From a virus, in IMG/VR virus record IMGVR_UViG_3300028024_000105, positions 1-64,000 of that record: a DNA stretch of 64,000 nucleotides; one strand, written 5' to 3'. Position 1 is the first letter of the stretch; each line of letters begins with the position of its first letter. Both the position numbers and the translations under genes were made by a program. Positions 26,281 to 35,924 of this stretch are shown piece after piece. The notes below the pieces were generated by a model. It made no database searches. It was not told the DNA's origin and saw only the letters and a program-made list of their open reading frames with translations.

Positions 26281-27276
26281 ATGCCCATCCACAAGACCAA
26301 CATGGCCGGAGTCCGCGAACGCCGCAACGTGCTGCTTCGCATGAAGGAAGAGCGCGAGGCCAATTCCGTCATCGCGGACATCGAGTCCGGCGAGAACTAC
26401 TACCGCTTCCTGCCGCCGTGGTCGGCGGCCGGAGAGTGGCGCAAGGAAGCCTGGTTCCACAACCTCTTCAAGGCCGAGATGAAAGTCTCGGGCAAGAAGG
26501 TCGTCGTGTGCCTGAAGCGCACCTACGATCAGGCGTGCGCGCTCTGTGAGCAGGTCGATCAGATGTTCAAGATGAAGGACCCCGAGGCCGAAGAGCTGGC
26601 CAAGGAGATCCGCGCGAAGCAGCGATTCTTCTCGAACGTCCTGGACCTGACGAAGAAGGACGGCAAGGTGTACGTCCTCCCCTTCGGCCAGAAGCTCGAG
26701 GAGCGGATCGTCGGCATCATGGAGGGCGGCAAGGGCCCCGACGGCATGGAGTCCTTCGGCGTCGGCGACATCACGGACGTCCAGACCGGACGCAACATGA
26801 TGATCACCAAGAAGGTCAACCCGAAGAACACCAAGGAGACCGACTACGCGGCGCAGGCGTCGCCCCAGCCGTCCGTCCTGCCGAACGCCGAGGCGTTCTG
26901 CAGCGCGCTCAACAACCTGGACGAGTTCGTGATGCGCGACTGCGTCACCTACGACCAGATGAAGGCCGCGCTCAACGGGACGGAACAGGCCCCGTCTCCG
27001 GCACCCGCGCCCAGTTCCGCACCTGCAGCAGCCGGTTTCCCCCTCCCGGCGTCCCCGGCGCCTTCGCCCCTGACCGCCGAGTTCATGCCGGTCCCCGGCG
27101 CAGGAGCGCCCCCGGCCGCAGCCCCCGCGCCCAGTCCCGCACCGGCCCCGGCGCCGGTCGCATCGGAGTTCGGACCGCCGCCCGGCACCGCCCCCGCATC
27201 GCAGCCCCCCGGCGGCAAGCCCGCAGGAGCCCTCGCGCGCCTTCAGGCCATGAACGCCCAGAAGGCGGCCAAGTAG
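26281..27276 (+). CDS. T4 gp32-like ssDNA-binding protein with Pro/Ala tail
   Basis: RFLPP, H...C...CALCE, RFFSNVLD, DITD..TGR. Confidence 0.75.
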   Translation: MPIHKTNMAGVRERRNVLLRMKEEREANSVIADIESGENYYRFLPPWSAAGEWRKEAWFHNLFKAEMKVSGKKVVVCLKRTYDQACALCEQVDQMFKMKDPEAEELAKEIRAKQRFFSNVLDLTKKDGKVYVLPFGQKLEERIVGIMEGGKGPDGMESFGVGDITDVQTGRNMMITKKVNPKNTKETDYAAQASPQPSVLPNAEAFCSALNNLDEFVMRDCVTYDQMKAALNGTEQAPSPAPAPSSAPAAAGFPLPASPAPSPLTAEFMPVPGAGAPPAAAPAPSPAPAPAPVASEFGPPPGTAPASQPPGGKPAGALARLQAMNAQKAAK

Positions 27277-27295
27277 ACCCCCTTTCCTGCCATAG

Positions 27296-27329
27296 CCCCA
27301 GTCTCGGGACCTACCACCGAGACTGGGGT
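27296..27329 (+). terminator. Hairpin after SSB
   Basis: GCCCCAGTCTCGG/CCGAGACTGGGGT; weak U tract. Confidence 0.5.
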
Positions 27330-27346
27330 CAATATTCGAGGTCGCC

Positions 27347-27784
27347 ATGCACGAGTCGAACAAGGAATCCACCGTCGACATCCGGCCCATGATCAAGATT
27401 GAGGCAATTCATGCGCGTCGTGACGAGCTGCTGAAAGCCGAGAAGATCGCCGAATCCGTCTGCGCCGAGGCGGATCGCATCGTCTCGAGCGACCGTGGTA
27501 ACGACTACGGTCGTCCCATCGACGATTTCTCCAAGACCGCCGTCTTGTGGGGCGTGATTCTCGGGATCGAGATCACCCCCGAGCAGGTCGCGATGTGCAT
27601 GGCGCAGGTCAAGGTCTCGCGAGAGCTGAACAAGCACAAGCGCGACAACCTGGTCGACCTGATCGGCTACACGAAGTGCCTGGACATGGTGGTCGAGGAT
27701 CGTGTCAAGCGCACCGCCGAGGGCTGGGAGTACAACCGGATCGTCGGTGTGTGGATCAAGCCCGGACAGGAAGAACCGTCGTAA
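27347..27784 (+). CDS. DUF6378-like phage nucleotide-metabolism protein
   Basis: DRGNDYG.P..DF...A.LW...VA.CM..VKVSR.....DNLVDLIGY. Confidence 0.75.
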   Translation: MHESNKESTVDIRPMIKIEAIHARRDELLKAEKIAESVCAEADRIVSSDRGNDYGRPIDDFSKTAVLWGVILGIEITPEQVAMCMAQVKVSRELNKHKRDNLVDLIGYTKCLDMVVEDRVKRTAEGWEYNRIVGVWIKPGQEEPS

Positions 27785-27794
27785 GGCATCAGTC

Positions 27795-28754
27795 ATGCCC
27801 AAGAAGATCAAGGCGCTCCCGGGCGCCGCAAAGCTCAAGTCCCTCTCGTCGTCCTTCAACCGGGTCGAGCCCACAGTGTGGTTGCCGACCGGCATCCATG
27901 CGCTGGACCTGTCCATCGGGCACGGCATTCCGCGAGGCCGAATCATCGAAATCTTCGGCGGCGAGTCGGCGGGCAAGAGCCTGCTCGGGTGGGAGATCCT
28001 GAAGCAGTTCCAGAATGTGGGCGGCGAGACCATGCTGCTCGGCAACGAGGCGACCGAGTCCGAGCGCTTCATGCGCCTAGTGGGCATCGACGTCGACAAG
28101 CTGGCGTACGAGCGGCCGGAGACCGTAGAGGAACACCGCGACCTGATCGTCACGTTCGTGACCGGCGTTCGGAAAATCAGCAAGGCACCCATCGGCATCA
28201 TGTGGGACTCCATCGCCAACACGAGCGCCGAGAAGGAGTGGGAGAAGGACGAAGAGGTCGGAGAGAAGCCGCGCGACAACGACATGGCCAGCCGCGCCGC
28301 GTCGCTTTCCAACTTCTTCAAGCAACACAGCACCTGGATGGTCAAGAACGACGTGACGCTGCTGCTGATCAATCAGATCCGCGAGAAGATCGGGGTCATG
28401 TTCGGCAAGAAGACCGACAGCCCCGGCGGCCGGGCGCTCAAGTTCGCCGCTTCGGTCCGGATCGAGCTGACGCGCGGCAAGCGCTTCGAGAAGGAAGGAA
28501 TCATCGCCGGGACCGACTGCTACATGACCGTGGAGAAGAACAAGTGCGCCCGTCCGTTTCGCAAGGCGTGCCTGCGCATCAACTGGAATCAGGGATACGA
28601 CCGCTACGCCGGATTGGGCGACACGCTCGTCGCGGCGGGTCGCGTGAAGGACCTGAAAGGCAACACGTTCGCCATCGGTGACGAGAAGTTCACCACGAAC
28701 GATTGGCCCGCCGTTCTCGAAAAGCATCCCGAGTTGATGGCGCCCTGGATCTGA
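27795..28754 (+). CDS. recA: RecA/UvsX recombinase
   Basis: TG..ALD..G.PRGRIIEIFGGESAGKS, WDSIA, INQIREKIGVMFG...PGGRALKF.ASVR, KNK. Confidence 0.92.
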   Translation: MPKKIKALPGAAKLKSLSSSFNRVEPTVWLPTGIHALDLSIGHGIPRGRIIEIFGGESAGKSLLGWEILKQFQNVGGETMLLGNEATESERFMRLVGIDVDKLAYERPETVEEHRDLIVTFVTGVRKISKAPIGIMWDSIANTSAEKEWEKDEEVGEKPRDNDMASRAASLSNFFKQHSTWMVKNDVTLLLINQIREKIGVMFGKKTDSPGGRALKFAASVRIELTRGKRFEKEGIIAGTDCYMTVEKNKCARPFRKACLRINWNQGYDRYAGLGDTLVAAGRVKDLKGNTFAIGDEKFTTNDWPAVLEKHPELMAPWI

Positions 28755-28761
28755 GGGACCG

Positions 28762-28953
28762 ATGAACATCTACGCGCTGAGTCTTTGCGTCCTGGCGTTC
28801 ATGTTCGTGTCGATCCGGGCGGGCCTGCCGGACTTTCTGGCGGGTGAGTTCTATCGCTGGTCCTTGATTTGGGACTGGCCCTACGGCCTGTTCCGCCGCG
28901 CCGAGAAGTCGCTGCGCGAACGGGGTCGAAAGCCCAAAAGGTGCTGCCGGTGA
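28762..28953 (+). CDS. Small membrane protein
   Basis: Hydrophobic N-terminus, GAGG SD. Confidence 0.45.
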   Translation: MNIYALSLCVLAFMFVSIRAGLPDFLAGEFYRWSLIWDWPYGLFRRAEKSLRERGRKPKRCCR

Positions 28954-30047
28954 AGATCGCAGTTTTCAGCGACATCCACTTCCATCCGTTCCCGGCCTTC
29001 GCCAAGGTCGAATCAGACGGTCTGAATTCGCGTCTGAAGATGACCGCAGCGCGAGCCAAGGACATCGTCCGCATCGCCAAGGCCGAGGGTTGCGCAGCCA
29101 TTCTCTTCGCGGGCGACCTGTTTCATACCAAGTCTATTGGGGCCGAGACCATCGACGAGGCCGTGCGCGCCTTCTCCGGTGCCGACATCCCCATCATCGG
29201 GGTCCCCGGCAACCACGACATGGCCACCGACGGAGGGAACACGCGGCACTCGGCCCGAGCCCTGGGCGGGAAGATCCGCTGGCTGGACAACTTCGAGGGC
29301 CGCACGGCCGAGATCACGCAGGGGAACGAGGACCTGATCGTGTACGGCATCCCCTACGTGGCCAAGCAGGAAGAGCTGCGCAAGGAGATGCAGGCCGCGC
29401 CCAAGTGCGACATCCTGTTGATGCACGCAGGCTTCTCCGGGTCCTTCATGGGAAGCGACTACATCGCCGATATGGGCGACTGCATCGACTACGCGTCGAT
29501 CCTGGAGACGAAGGCCAAGCTGGTGGTCTCGGGACACTTCCACCAGCCGCAACTGATCACCATCGACGAGAACCTGGACATCGACAATAAGCGCCCCAGC
29601 GGAGATGCACAGCGCGGGCCCTACGTCCCCGGCCGGTCGATCCTGGTGCCCGGCTCCCCAGAGCAGCACAACTGGGGCGATGCCGGAAGCCACCATGGCT
29701 TCTGGATCGTGGACACGCTCCAGAAGATGGCCGAGTTCCACAAGCTCGGATCGCCCGAGTTCGTGAAGATCGTAGACGGGCCGAACACGGTTGTGCCGAA
29801 ATCCGGAGACTACGTTCAGGTTTCCGGCAAGCCGGATGCTGAGTTCATTGAATCGCTGAAGCAGACGACTCCGCACGTGATCGTCGAGCACACTCTCGCA
29901 CCTGCCGCACGGCCCGTGCGCGCATTCGACGCCGGAATCGCCGATGCACCCAAGACCCTCGTCCAGAAGTTCGTCGAGACGTCCGAGACGCCGCTCGACA
30001 AGAAACGGCTGGTCGAGGCGGGCCTGAAGTATCTGGGCTGCGACTGA
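28950..30047 (+). CDS. SbcD/Mre11/gp47-like nuclease
   Basis: SDIH, AGDLF, GNHD, H, SGHFH, PGSP. Confidence 0.9.
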   Translation: MKIAVFSDIHFHPFPAFAKVESDGLNSRLKMTAARAKDIVRIAKAEGCAAILFAGDLFHTKSIGAETIDEAVRAFSGADIPIIGVPGNHDMATDGGNTRHSARALGGKIRWLDNFEGRTAEITQGNEDLIVYGIPYVAKQEELRKEMQAAPKCDILLMHAGFSGSFMGSDYIADMGDCIDYASILETKAKLVVSGHFHQPQLITIDENLDIDNKRPSGDAQRGPYVPGRSILVPGSPEQHNWGDAGSHHGFWIVDTLQKMAEFHKLGSPEFVKIVDGPNTVVPKSGDYVQVSGKPDAEFIESLKQTTPHVIVEHTLAPAARPVRAFDAGIADAPKTLVQKFVETSETPLDKKRLVEAGLKYLGCD

Positions 30048-30048
30048 C

Positions 30049-32064
30049 ATGAAACTGAAGACCATCGTCCTGTCGGACTTCCTGTCGTTCCAAGACGAGG
30101 AGATCCAGTTCCCCGAGGGCCTGGTCGCCATCTCCGGCCGGAACGCCGACAGCCCCGGCGCCGGGTCCAACGGCAGCGGCAAGTCTGCACTCTTCGACGC
30201 CGTGTCCTGGGCGCTCTATGGCCGGACGCTGCGCGAGATCGGGTCCGACGATGTCATCCGCATGGCGTGCAAGTCGTGCGAAGTCGCGCTGTCCTTCACG
30301 GCCGACGGCAAGGACTACTTCATCAATCGCCAGCGCGGCGGCAAGAACCTGCTGCACTTCTTCTGCGGCCAGAATGACCTGACGCAGTCCACCATGGCGC
30401 TGACGCAGGAGAAGATCGACCAGACGCTCGGGATGGACTACAAGATTTTCCGGGCAGTGGCGACCTTCTCCGGCGACGCGCTACGCTTCGCGCATGCGAC
30501 GGACAAGGAGCAGAAGGAGATCCTCGAGAAGCTGCTCGGCCTGGACGCCTACGGCTTGGCCCTGGAGAGAGTTCGGAAGGACCTGAACGCGTTGGTCCCC
30601 GGCATCAAGTACAAGGAGCAGCAGGTCGAGCGGGAGAAGGGTCTGCTGCAGACGCGCCGCGACGAGATCGTACGCCTAGGCGGCGAGAAGGACAAAGCCT
30701 CGAGCGACATGGCGCTCGCGGTCGAGAGCGCGAAGGTCCAGTGCGAGGCGCGGCAGAAGCAGATCGCGACCAACGAGTCGGGCATCACCGGCTACAAGGA
30801 GCATCGGACCAAGTTCGAATCACAGCTCGCCGACGTCTCGACCGGGACCAGCGCCGCTTACGGCCACCTGGCCACCGCTCGTGCAGAATACGCCGCAGCC
30901 ATGACCAAGATGCGGGCGGCGAAGGAGTCCATCGACAAGGGCAACGGCGAGCTGGCCAACATCCAGAAGCGGATCGGGACCCCGTGTCCCTCGTGCGCCC
31001 GGCCGCTCGGGCAGGAGCACATCGACCCCCTGTGCGAATCCATCGCCCAGCGCATCCTGGATGCGAACGACGAGTGGGAGAAAGCCGACGGCGCCCTCAA
31101 GGCGGCCGAGCAGCGGGTCAACGGGCTCGCGGCTGAAGTCGAAGCCCTGCAGCGCGCGGACTCCGAACGTGCCGCCGCTCGCGGTGCCTTGCTTCAGAAC
31201 ATCAAGACCTGCAACGCAAAGATCGAGGAGCTGAATCGCTCTACCACCAGCCTGCGCGCGGAGATCGAGCAATTCCGTCGCTCGGGTGACCAGTTCAAGG
31301 CGACCATCTCGACCTACGAAGCGCGCATCAAGGATGCGCAGGCCCGGCTCGACGAGGCCGAATCGCAGATCCAGAAGTCGACCGAGGACTTGGTCTCCGA
31401 CAGGGATCGAGTCAAGTACCTCGAGTTCTGGGAGAAGGGCTTCGGCTACTCGGGCATTCGATCCATGTTGCTCGACGGCGTCGCGCAGAAGCTGACGGAG
31501 CAGACCAACAAGTACCTGAAGATCCTCTCCGGCGGCACGCAGTGGGCAGAGTTCGCGACGCAGTCGACGACCGGCGCGGGAGAACTGCGGGAAAAGTTCA
31601 TCGTCCACGTCTTCAACGCCTACGGCGCCGGAGCTTACGAGGGCAATTCGGCCGGGGAGAAGAAGCGGGTCGATATCGCAATCTGTCTCGCCCTCCACAG
31701 CCTGGCCAGCCAGCGGGCATCGCGCCCTCTGGGCTTCGCCATCCTCGACGAGATTTTCGAGAACCTCGACGAGATCGGCTGCGACAACGTCATCAACCTG
31801 ATCCGGCAGGAGAAGGACCAGCTCGGCACCATCTTCGTGGTGTCCCACAACCCCGCGCTGTCCGCCCGGTTCCCGAGCACCATGGAGATCATCAAGAAGG
31901 ACGGAGTCTCCCGACTCGTCCGACACGAGAAAGCAGCACCCGAATGCGCAACAACAAAGCCGACGTCTACTACGACGCCAAAGGCAAAATCATCCTCGCG
32001 TACCCGAAAGGCCAAGTCGCCGAAGTCGACGGAGCCGAGCGAAAGGGCTTCGGCTACATCGTAA
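30049..32064 (+). CDS. SbcC/Rad50/gp46-like ATPase
   Basis: NGSGKS, coiled coil with CPSC hook, SAGE signature, LDEIFENLD, VSH. Confidence 0.92.
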   Translation: MKLKTIVLSDFLSFQDEEIQFPEGLVAISGRNADSPGAGSNGSGKSALFDAVSWALYGRTLREIGSDDVIRMACKSCEVALSFTADGKDYFINRQRGGKNLLHFFCGQNDLTQSTMALTQEKIDQTLGMDYKIFRAVATFSGDALRFAHATDKEQKEILEKLLGLDAYGLALERVRKDLNALVPGIKYKEQQVEREKGLLQTRRDEIVRLGGEKDKASSDMALAVESAKVQCEARQKQIATNESGITGYKEHRTKFESQLADVSTGTSAAYGHLATARAEYAAAMTKMRAAKESIDKGNGELANIQKRIGTPCPSCARPLGQEHIDPLCESIAQRILDANDEWEKADGALKAAEQRVNGLAAEVEALQRADSERAAARGALLQNIKTCNAKIEELNRSTTSLRAEIEQFRRSGDQFKATISTYEARIKDAQARLDEAESQIQKSTEDLVSDRDRVKYLEFWEKGFGYSGIRSMLLDGVAQKLTEQTNKYLKILSGGTQWAEFATQSTTGAGELREKFIVHVFNAYGAGAYEGNSAGEKKRVDIAICLALHSLASQRASRPLGFAILDEIFENLDEIGCDNVINLIRQEKDQLGTIFVVSHNPALSARFPSTMEIIKKDGVSRLVRHEKAAPECATTKPTSTTTPKAKSSSRTRKAKSPKSTEPSERASATS

Positions 32065-32567
32065 CCCCGCTCAAGAAGGGGACCGCGCGGGCCAAGGGCA
32101 ACAACTTCGAGATCCAAGTCGCGAAGACGTTCTCCACCTGGCTCTACGGCGACGACCGGGTCATGCGCCGTACGCCGCTGTCCGGCGGCTGGGGCTCCGG
32201 CAAGCTGGGTGACATCACGATGGACCCGGCTCTGGCGCAGGACCTGAAATTGGTCCCGCCCAAGGTGTACGTAGAGTGCAAGAACTACGCGGACCTGCTC
32301 GGGCACTCGTTCTTCCGCTGGCAGTGCTCCGGCGACGCTGGGCTGATCGGCGGCTGGTTGTCGGACACCGCAATGAAGGCCAAGGGCATGCCTTGGTTCC
32401 TAGTCCTGAAGGGCAACGGCACCGACCCCTGGCTGATGACGCCGCTTTGTCCGACGAGTCCGTTTGAGCCCATCGAGGTCGCTCACAAAGGGGTCAACTA
32501 CTTCATGGCTCCTTTGGTTTCGCTGAAGGCCGCCTTCGATTTTCATCGGAAGTCCATTCTCGGTTAA
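31944..32567 (+). CDS. PD-(D/E)xK Holliday-junction resolvase-like nuclease
   Basis: KG..FE..VA...RTPLSGG...GDI...VECKN. Confidence 0.75.
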   Translation: MRNNKADVYYDAKGKIILAYPKGQVAEVDGAERKGFGYIVTPLKKGTARAKGNNFEIQVAKTFSTWLYGDDRVMRRTPLSGGWGSGKLGDITMDPALAQDLKLVPPKVYVECKNYADLLGHSFFRWQCSGDAGLIGGWLSDTAMKAKGMPWFLVLKGNGTDPWLMTPLCPTSPFEPIEVAHKGVNYFMAPLVSLKAAFDFHRKSILG

Positions 32568-32571
32568 CCCC

Positions 32572-33195
32572 ATGTCGCACAGCATCGACGCCAAACGTCT
32601 CGAGCAAGTCCTGTCCGCCGTCCGGGCCGACTCCGCGAGCAACGAGAGCCTGGTCGCCTTCCTCGACCTGATGAAGCCGATCATCGCACTCACGCTCGAC
32701 CGTTTCCCCGATCACATGTCCGACGATCTGGCACAGGAGATCCGGATGTCTCTGATGCGCAAGGCCAAGAGCATCGCGGATTCCTACTTCGCCGGGCGGA
32801 TCAAGAACCCGACGAACTACTTCTTCACCGCCTGCAAGAACTGGGGCATCAACTACCTGAACAAGGAGCTGAAGACCATCGACCGGATGATGCCCATCGA
32901 CGACCTGAAGCTGGAGCCGGTCTACGAGGCGCGGTCGCACAAGGAGCAGCTCATTCAGGAGATCCGCGAGGAGTGCCTGGAGTTCATCCGCAGGCGCTTC
33001 ACGAAGAAGCACGCCCAGCACGTGGCCGAGCGGTTCATGGAGGCCATTCTGCGCGGCGAGCGCCCCAGTTTCAACACGGGCAAGGTCGAGCGGTTCGCGC
33101 GCAGCCAGCGACAGCCAGCGAAAGACACTTACAGCATCGTCTTAATCAAGCTCCGCGAGCTGGTCTCCGAGCACATAGAAGAATTGACCGACTAG
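32572..33195 (+). CDS. Phage RNA polymerase sigma factor-like protein
   Basis: DDLAQEI...L.......NPTNYFFTACKN..INYL region-2 pattern. Confidence 0.7.
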   Translation: MSHSIDAKRLEQVLSAVRADSASNESLVAFLDLMKPIIALTLDRFPDHMSDDLAQEIRMSLMRKAKSIADSYFAGRIKNPTNYFFTACKNWGINYLNKELKTIDRMMPIDDLKLEPVYEARSHKEQLIQEIREECLEFIRRRFTKKHAQHVAERFMEAILRGERPSFNTGKVERFARSQRQPAKDTYSIVLIKLRELVSEHIEELTD

Positions 33196-33696
33196 ATGTC
33201 TCGTACGACACACGGCCTGACCAAAGATCCGCTTGTACAGCAGCTTTATAGAGTGATTTACCGGGAAGCCAAACGCGACCTGATCAATGCCGCTGCACGC
33301 AAAAACTACCATCGTCGCCGACCTAAGTTTCTGCGCAAGAACAAACTGTACCGACAAAAGCACCCCGTCGAAGTGTTCAATAGACACCGCACACCACGTA
33401 ATAGATACGTCCGATTTCTGCGAAACGCCGGTCTCAGAGGTCACGTTGTCTCGATATCCTTCGAACACTTCAGAATTCTGATTCAAGAGCCTTGCTTCTA
33501 TTGTGGTGGCGACCTTCCTCCAACTGGCTGTGGCCTTGATCGCACAAACAGTAATTTGGGCTATACAAAATCCAACGTCGTGCCATGTTGCACAACCTGC
33601 AATATCGCGAAACATACCATGAGCCCCGCCCAATACGTTGTGCACTGTCGTCGCGTCGTTTCCAAGAATGTTTCGCTTCAGCGTCTTACGAAGTAA
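33196..33696 (+). CDS. HNH (homing) endonuclease
   Basis: PCFYCG...GLDR.NS..GY...NVVPCC..CN..K; visibly more AT-rich than neighbours. Confidence 0.88.
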   Translation: MSRTTHGLTKDPLVQQLYRVIYREAKRDLINAAARKNYHRRRPKFLRKNKLYRQKHPVEVFNRHRTPRNRYVRFLRNAGLRGHVVSISFEHFRILIQEPCFYCGGDLPPTGCGLDRTNSNLGYTKSNVVPCCTTCNIAKHTMSPAQYVVHCRRVVSKNVSLQRLTK

Positions 33697-34124
33697 TGGA
33701 TAGCATCTTCAGTCAGTATGCACGCCAGCACATCGAGCCCGCCGACTTCCTCGACCTGGTGTCGTATCGGAATCAACAACACAATATTACGAACCTTCGC
33801 GCCGTCGTCGGCGACGAGAAGTACATCCTGCTGCTGGACAAATTCAGTGGTTCATATACCCGCTTTCCTACCCCTCGCAATTCAATGCAGGCCGTGGACG
33901 ACATCATGCTTGCCCAGCTCTGGGCAGACCTGAAGGACAAGGCCGGTCAGAAGGGCCTGGTCGAGTGGAACGAAGCGGAGACACGCTTCATCCGGCAGGC
34001 CGCCAAGATGGGCATGGAGTACCAGCAGGCCCATCGCCGCGCCGCGACCGTTCTGAAGGAGCTGATCAAGGCCCGCCAGTGGGCCAACATGCATGACGTC
34101 AACCGGGGCGGCACGCGCCCGTGA
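33696..34124 (+). CDS. Hypothetical protein (leaderless)
   Basis: ATG 6 nt after CGTCTTAC. Confidence 0.6.
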   Translation: MDSIFSQYARQHIEPADFLDLVSYRNQQHNITNLRAVVGDEKYILLLDKFSGSYTRFPTPRNSMQAVDDIMLAQLWADLKDKAGQKGLVEWNEAETRFIRQAAKMGMEYQQAHRRAATVLKELIKARQWANMHDVNRGGTRP

Positions 34125-34678
34125 AGACCCCGCTCCGATCCTTTCTCCGTCCGGACGCCTACGCGCCGTTCTTCAGCTTCGGACGCCGGATAGCATCGCC
34201 CGAAGCCTTCTTCCATGGTCTCAAGTTCCGGCACGGATCGCCATTGCAGAGCGCGGTCATGATGGAGCGCGAGTTGGCGCAGTACCGTGGCCGCCCGTTC
34301 GCTCGCCGGACCTATATCTTCGCGGGCTTCCACTTCGGCGTCGACACCCTAGAGCACTATCTCCTGCTCAAGACCGTGATGCGCAGCAAGTTGACCCAGC
34401 ACAAGCAAGAGCTGCTGTGGTTGATGGACGACACGGTCCTGGAGGACTACGGCCGCCTAGGCGGCTGGCACGGAGACGGCTTCGGAGGTCCCGAGTACGC
34501 TCGGATCATCCGCGAGCTGCGACAGGAGTTCCAGTGCCGTCTCGAGGAGACCGGCTCCATCAACTTCACATCCGCCAGCGAATTCAGCGCCATGACGAAC
34601 AGGCAGTTCTTGTTCGGCGACACCCACGGCGTGCGTCCGCACCACAAGAGGCGAGCCCATGAGTCAGTTCAAGGTTGA
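34121..34678 (+). CDS. Hypothetical protein
   Basis: GTGA start/stop overlap; coding-like codon usage. Confidence 0.55.
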   Translation: MKTPLRSFLRPDAYAPFFSFGRRIASPEAFFHGLKFRHGSPLQSAVMMERELAQYRGRPFARRTYIFAGFHFGVDTLEHYLLLKTVMRSKLTQHKQELLWLMDDTVLEDYGRLGGWHGDGFGGPEYARIIRELRQEFQCRLEETGSINFTSASEFSAMTNRQFLFGDTHGVRPHHKRRAHESVQG

Positions 34679-35672
34679 GATCGTCCGCGTCGGCAAGATC
34701 GGCAAGCACCCCAACGCCGACACTCTGTCGGTCACGCACGTGTTCGATTTCCCCGTGGTGTTCCGGACCGGAGACTTCATCGAAGGCCAGAAGGCTGTCT
34801 ACGTGCCCGTGGACTCGCTCGTGCCCACTGATCGGCCGGAGTTCGAATTCCTGAAGGAAGAAGGCAAGACGCACGCGCGGATCAAGGCCAAGAAGCTGCG
34901 CGGCATCTTCTCGATGGGCATGATCGTCCCGATCTGCGTTGCGACGTTCGGCGAGCGTTGCGCGGAGCTGGGTGACAACGTCGCCGAGCTGCTGGGCGTC
35001 ACCAAGTACGAACCCGAAGTCCCGATGCACTGGGGCGGCCAGAACGAGCGCGACCCCGGCTTCATCCCGGTCTACACCGACATCGACCATTACCGCCGGT
35101 ATCCCGACATCCTGCAACCCGGAGAAAACGTCATCGTGACGGAGAAGCTGCACGGCGCCAACGCCCGCTTCACCTTCCACGAGGGACGGCTGTGGGTCGG
35201 CTCGCACAACTGCATCAAGCGAGACGCGCCCGAAAGCATGTGGTGGAACATGGCCCGGAAGTACCAGCTCGCCGAGCGACTGGCCAAGTTCCCCGGCCAT
35301 GTCTTCTACGGCGAGGTCTACGGCCACGTGCAGGACCTGAAGTACGGCTCGAAGGGGCCTGTCGACACCTGGTTGCGGTTCTTCGACGTCTTCAAGTGGA
35401 GCACCGGCAGCTACGCCGACCAAGACGAGACGGCCAACATCATCCTGGGGCTGGGCCTGAACATGGTGCCGCTGCTCTACGTCGGCGGCTGGCAGCCCGA
35501 GTTCATCCTCCCTCTGGCCGACGGATCGACGACGCTCGGAGGCCAGTGCATTCGTGAAGGCATCGTGATCAAGCCCGCCAAAGAGCGGCGAGACGACCGG
35601 CTCGGCCGCGTCATCCTGAAGCACGTCAGCGAAGGATACCTCACGCGGAAATCCGGAACCGAATACCACTAG
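34659..35672 (+). CDS. RNA ligase, DRB0094/Rnl5 family
   Basis: N-terminal OB (HPNAD.L, LRG..S.G), TEKLHGAN, YGEVYG, FDV, VPLLY, REGIVIK, LK. Confidence 0.9.
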   Translation: MSQFKVEIVRVGKIGKHPNADTLSVTHVFDFPVVFRTGDFIEGQKAVYVPVDSLVPTDRPEFEFLKEEGKTHARIKAKKLRGIFSMGMIVPICVATFGERCAELGDNVAELLGVTKYEPEVPMHWGGQNERDPGFIPVYTDIDHYRRYPDILQPGENVIVTEKLHGANARFTFHEGRLWVGSHNCIKRDAPESMWWNMARKYQLAERLAKFPGHVFYGEVYGHVQDLKYGSKGPVDTWLRFFDVFKWSTGSYADQDETANIILGLGLNMVPLLYVGGWQPEFILPLADGSTTLGGQCIREGIVIKPAKERRDDRLGRVILKHVSEGYLTRKSGTEYH

Positions 35673-35696
35673 ACGCGAGCGTCCTACGGAGAAGAG

Positions 35697-35924
35697 ATGA
35701 AGTTGCTGGCCGTTCTTCTTGCTGTTTTGTTCTGCTTCACGTGCTGGGCCGTCCTCTCGTTCGTGATGGCTGTGCCTTTCATGCTGATCTGGAACTACGC
35801 CATCACGCACGCGTTTCATGCGCCGGAGCTGGGGTACTGGCACGCCTACTGGCTCTTGATCTTCGGCTCTCTGTTCGTCATCAGGCCCAACACGGAACTC
35901 AATCGAGATGTACGCAAGACTTAA
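35697..35924 (+). CDS. Small membrane protein
   Basis: Two hydrophobic segments, WN motif. Confidence 0.6.
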   Translation: MKLLAVLLAVLFCFTCWAVLSFVMAVPFMLIWNYAITHAFHAPELGYWHAYWLLIFGSLFVIRPNTELNRDVRKT

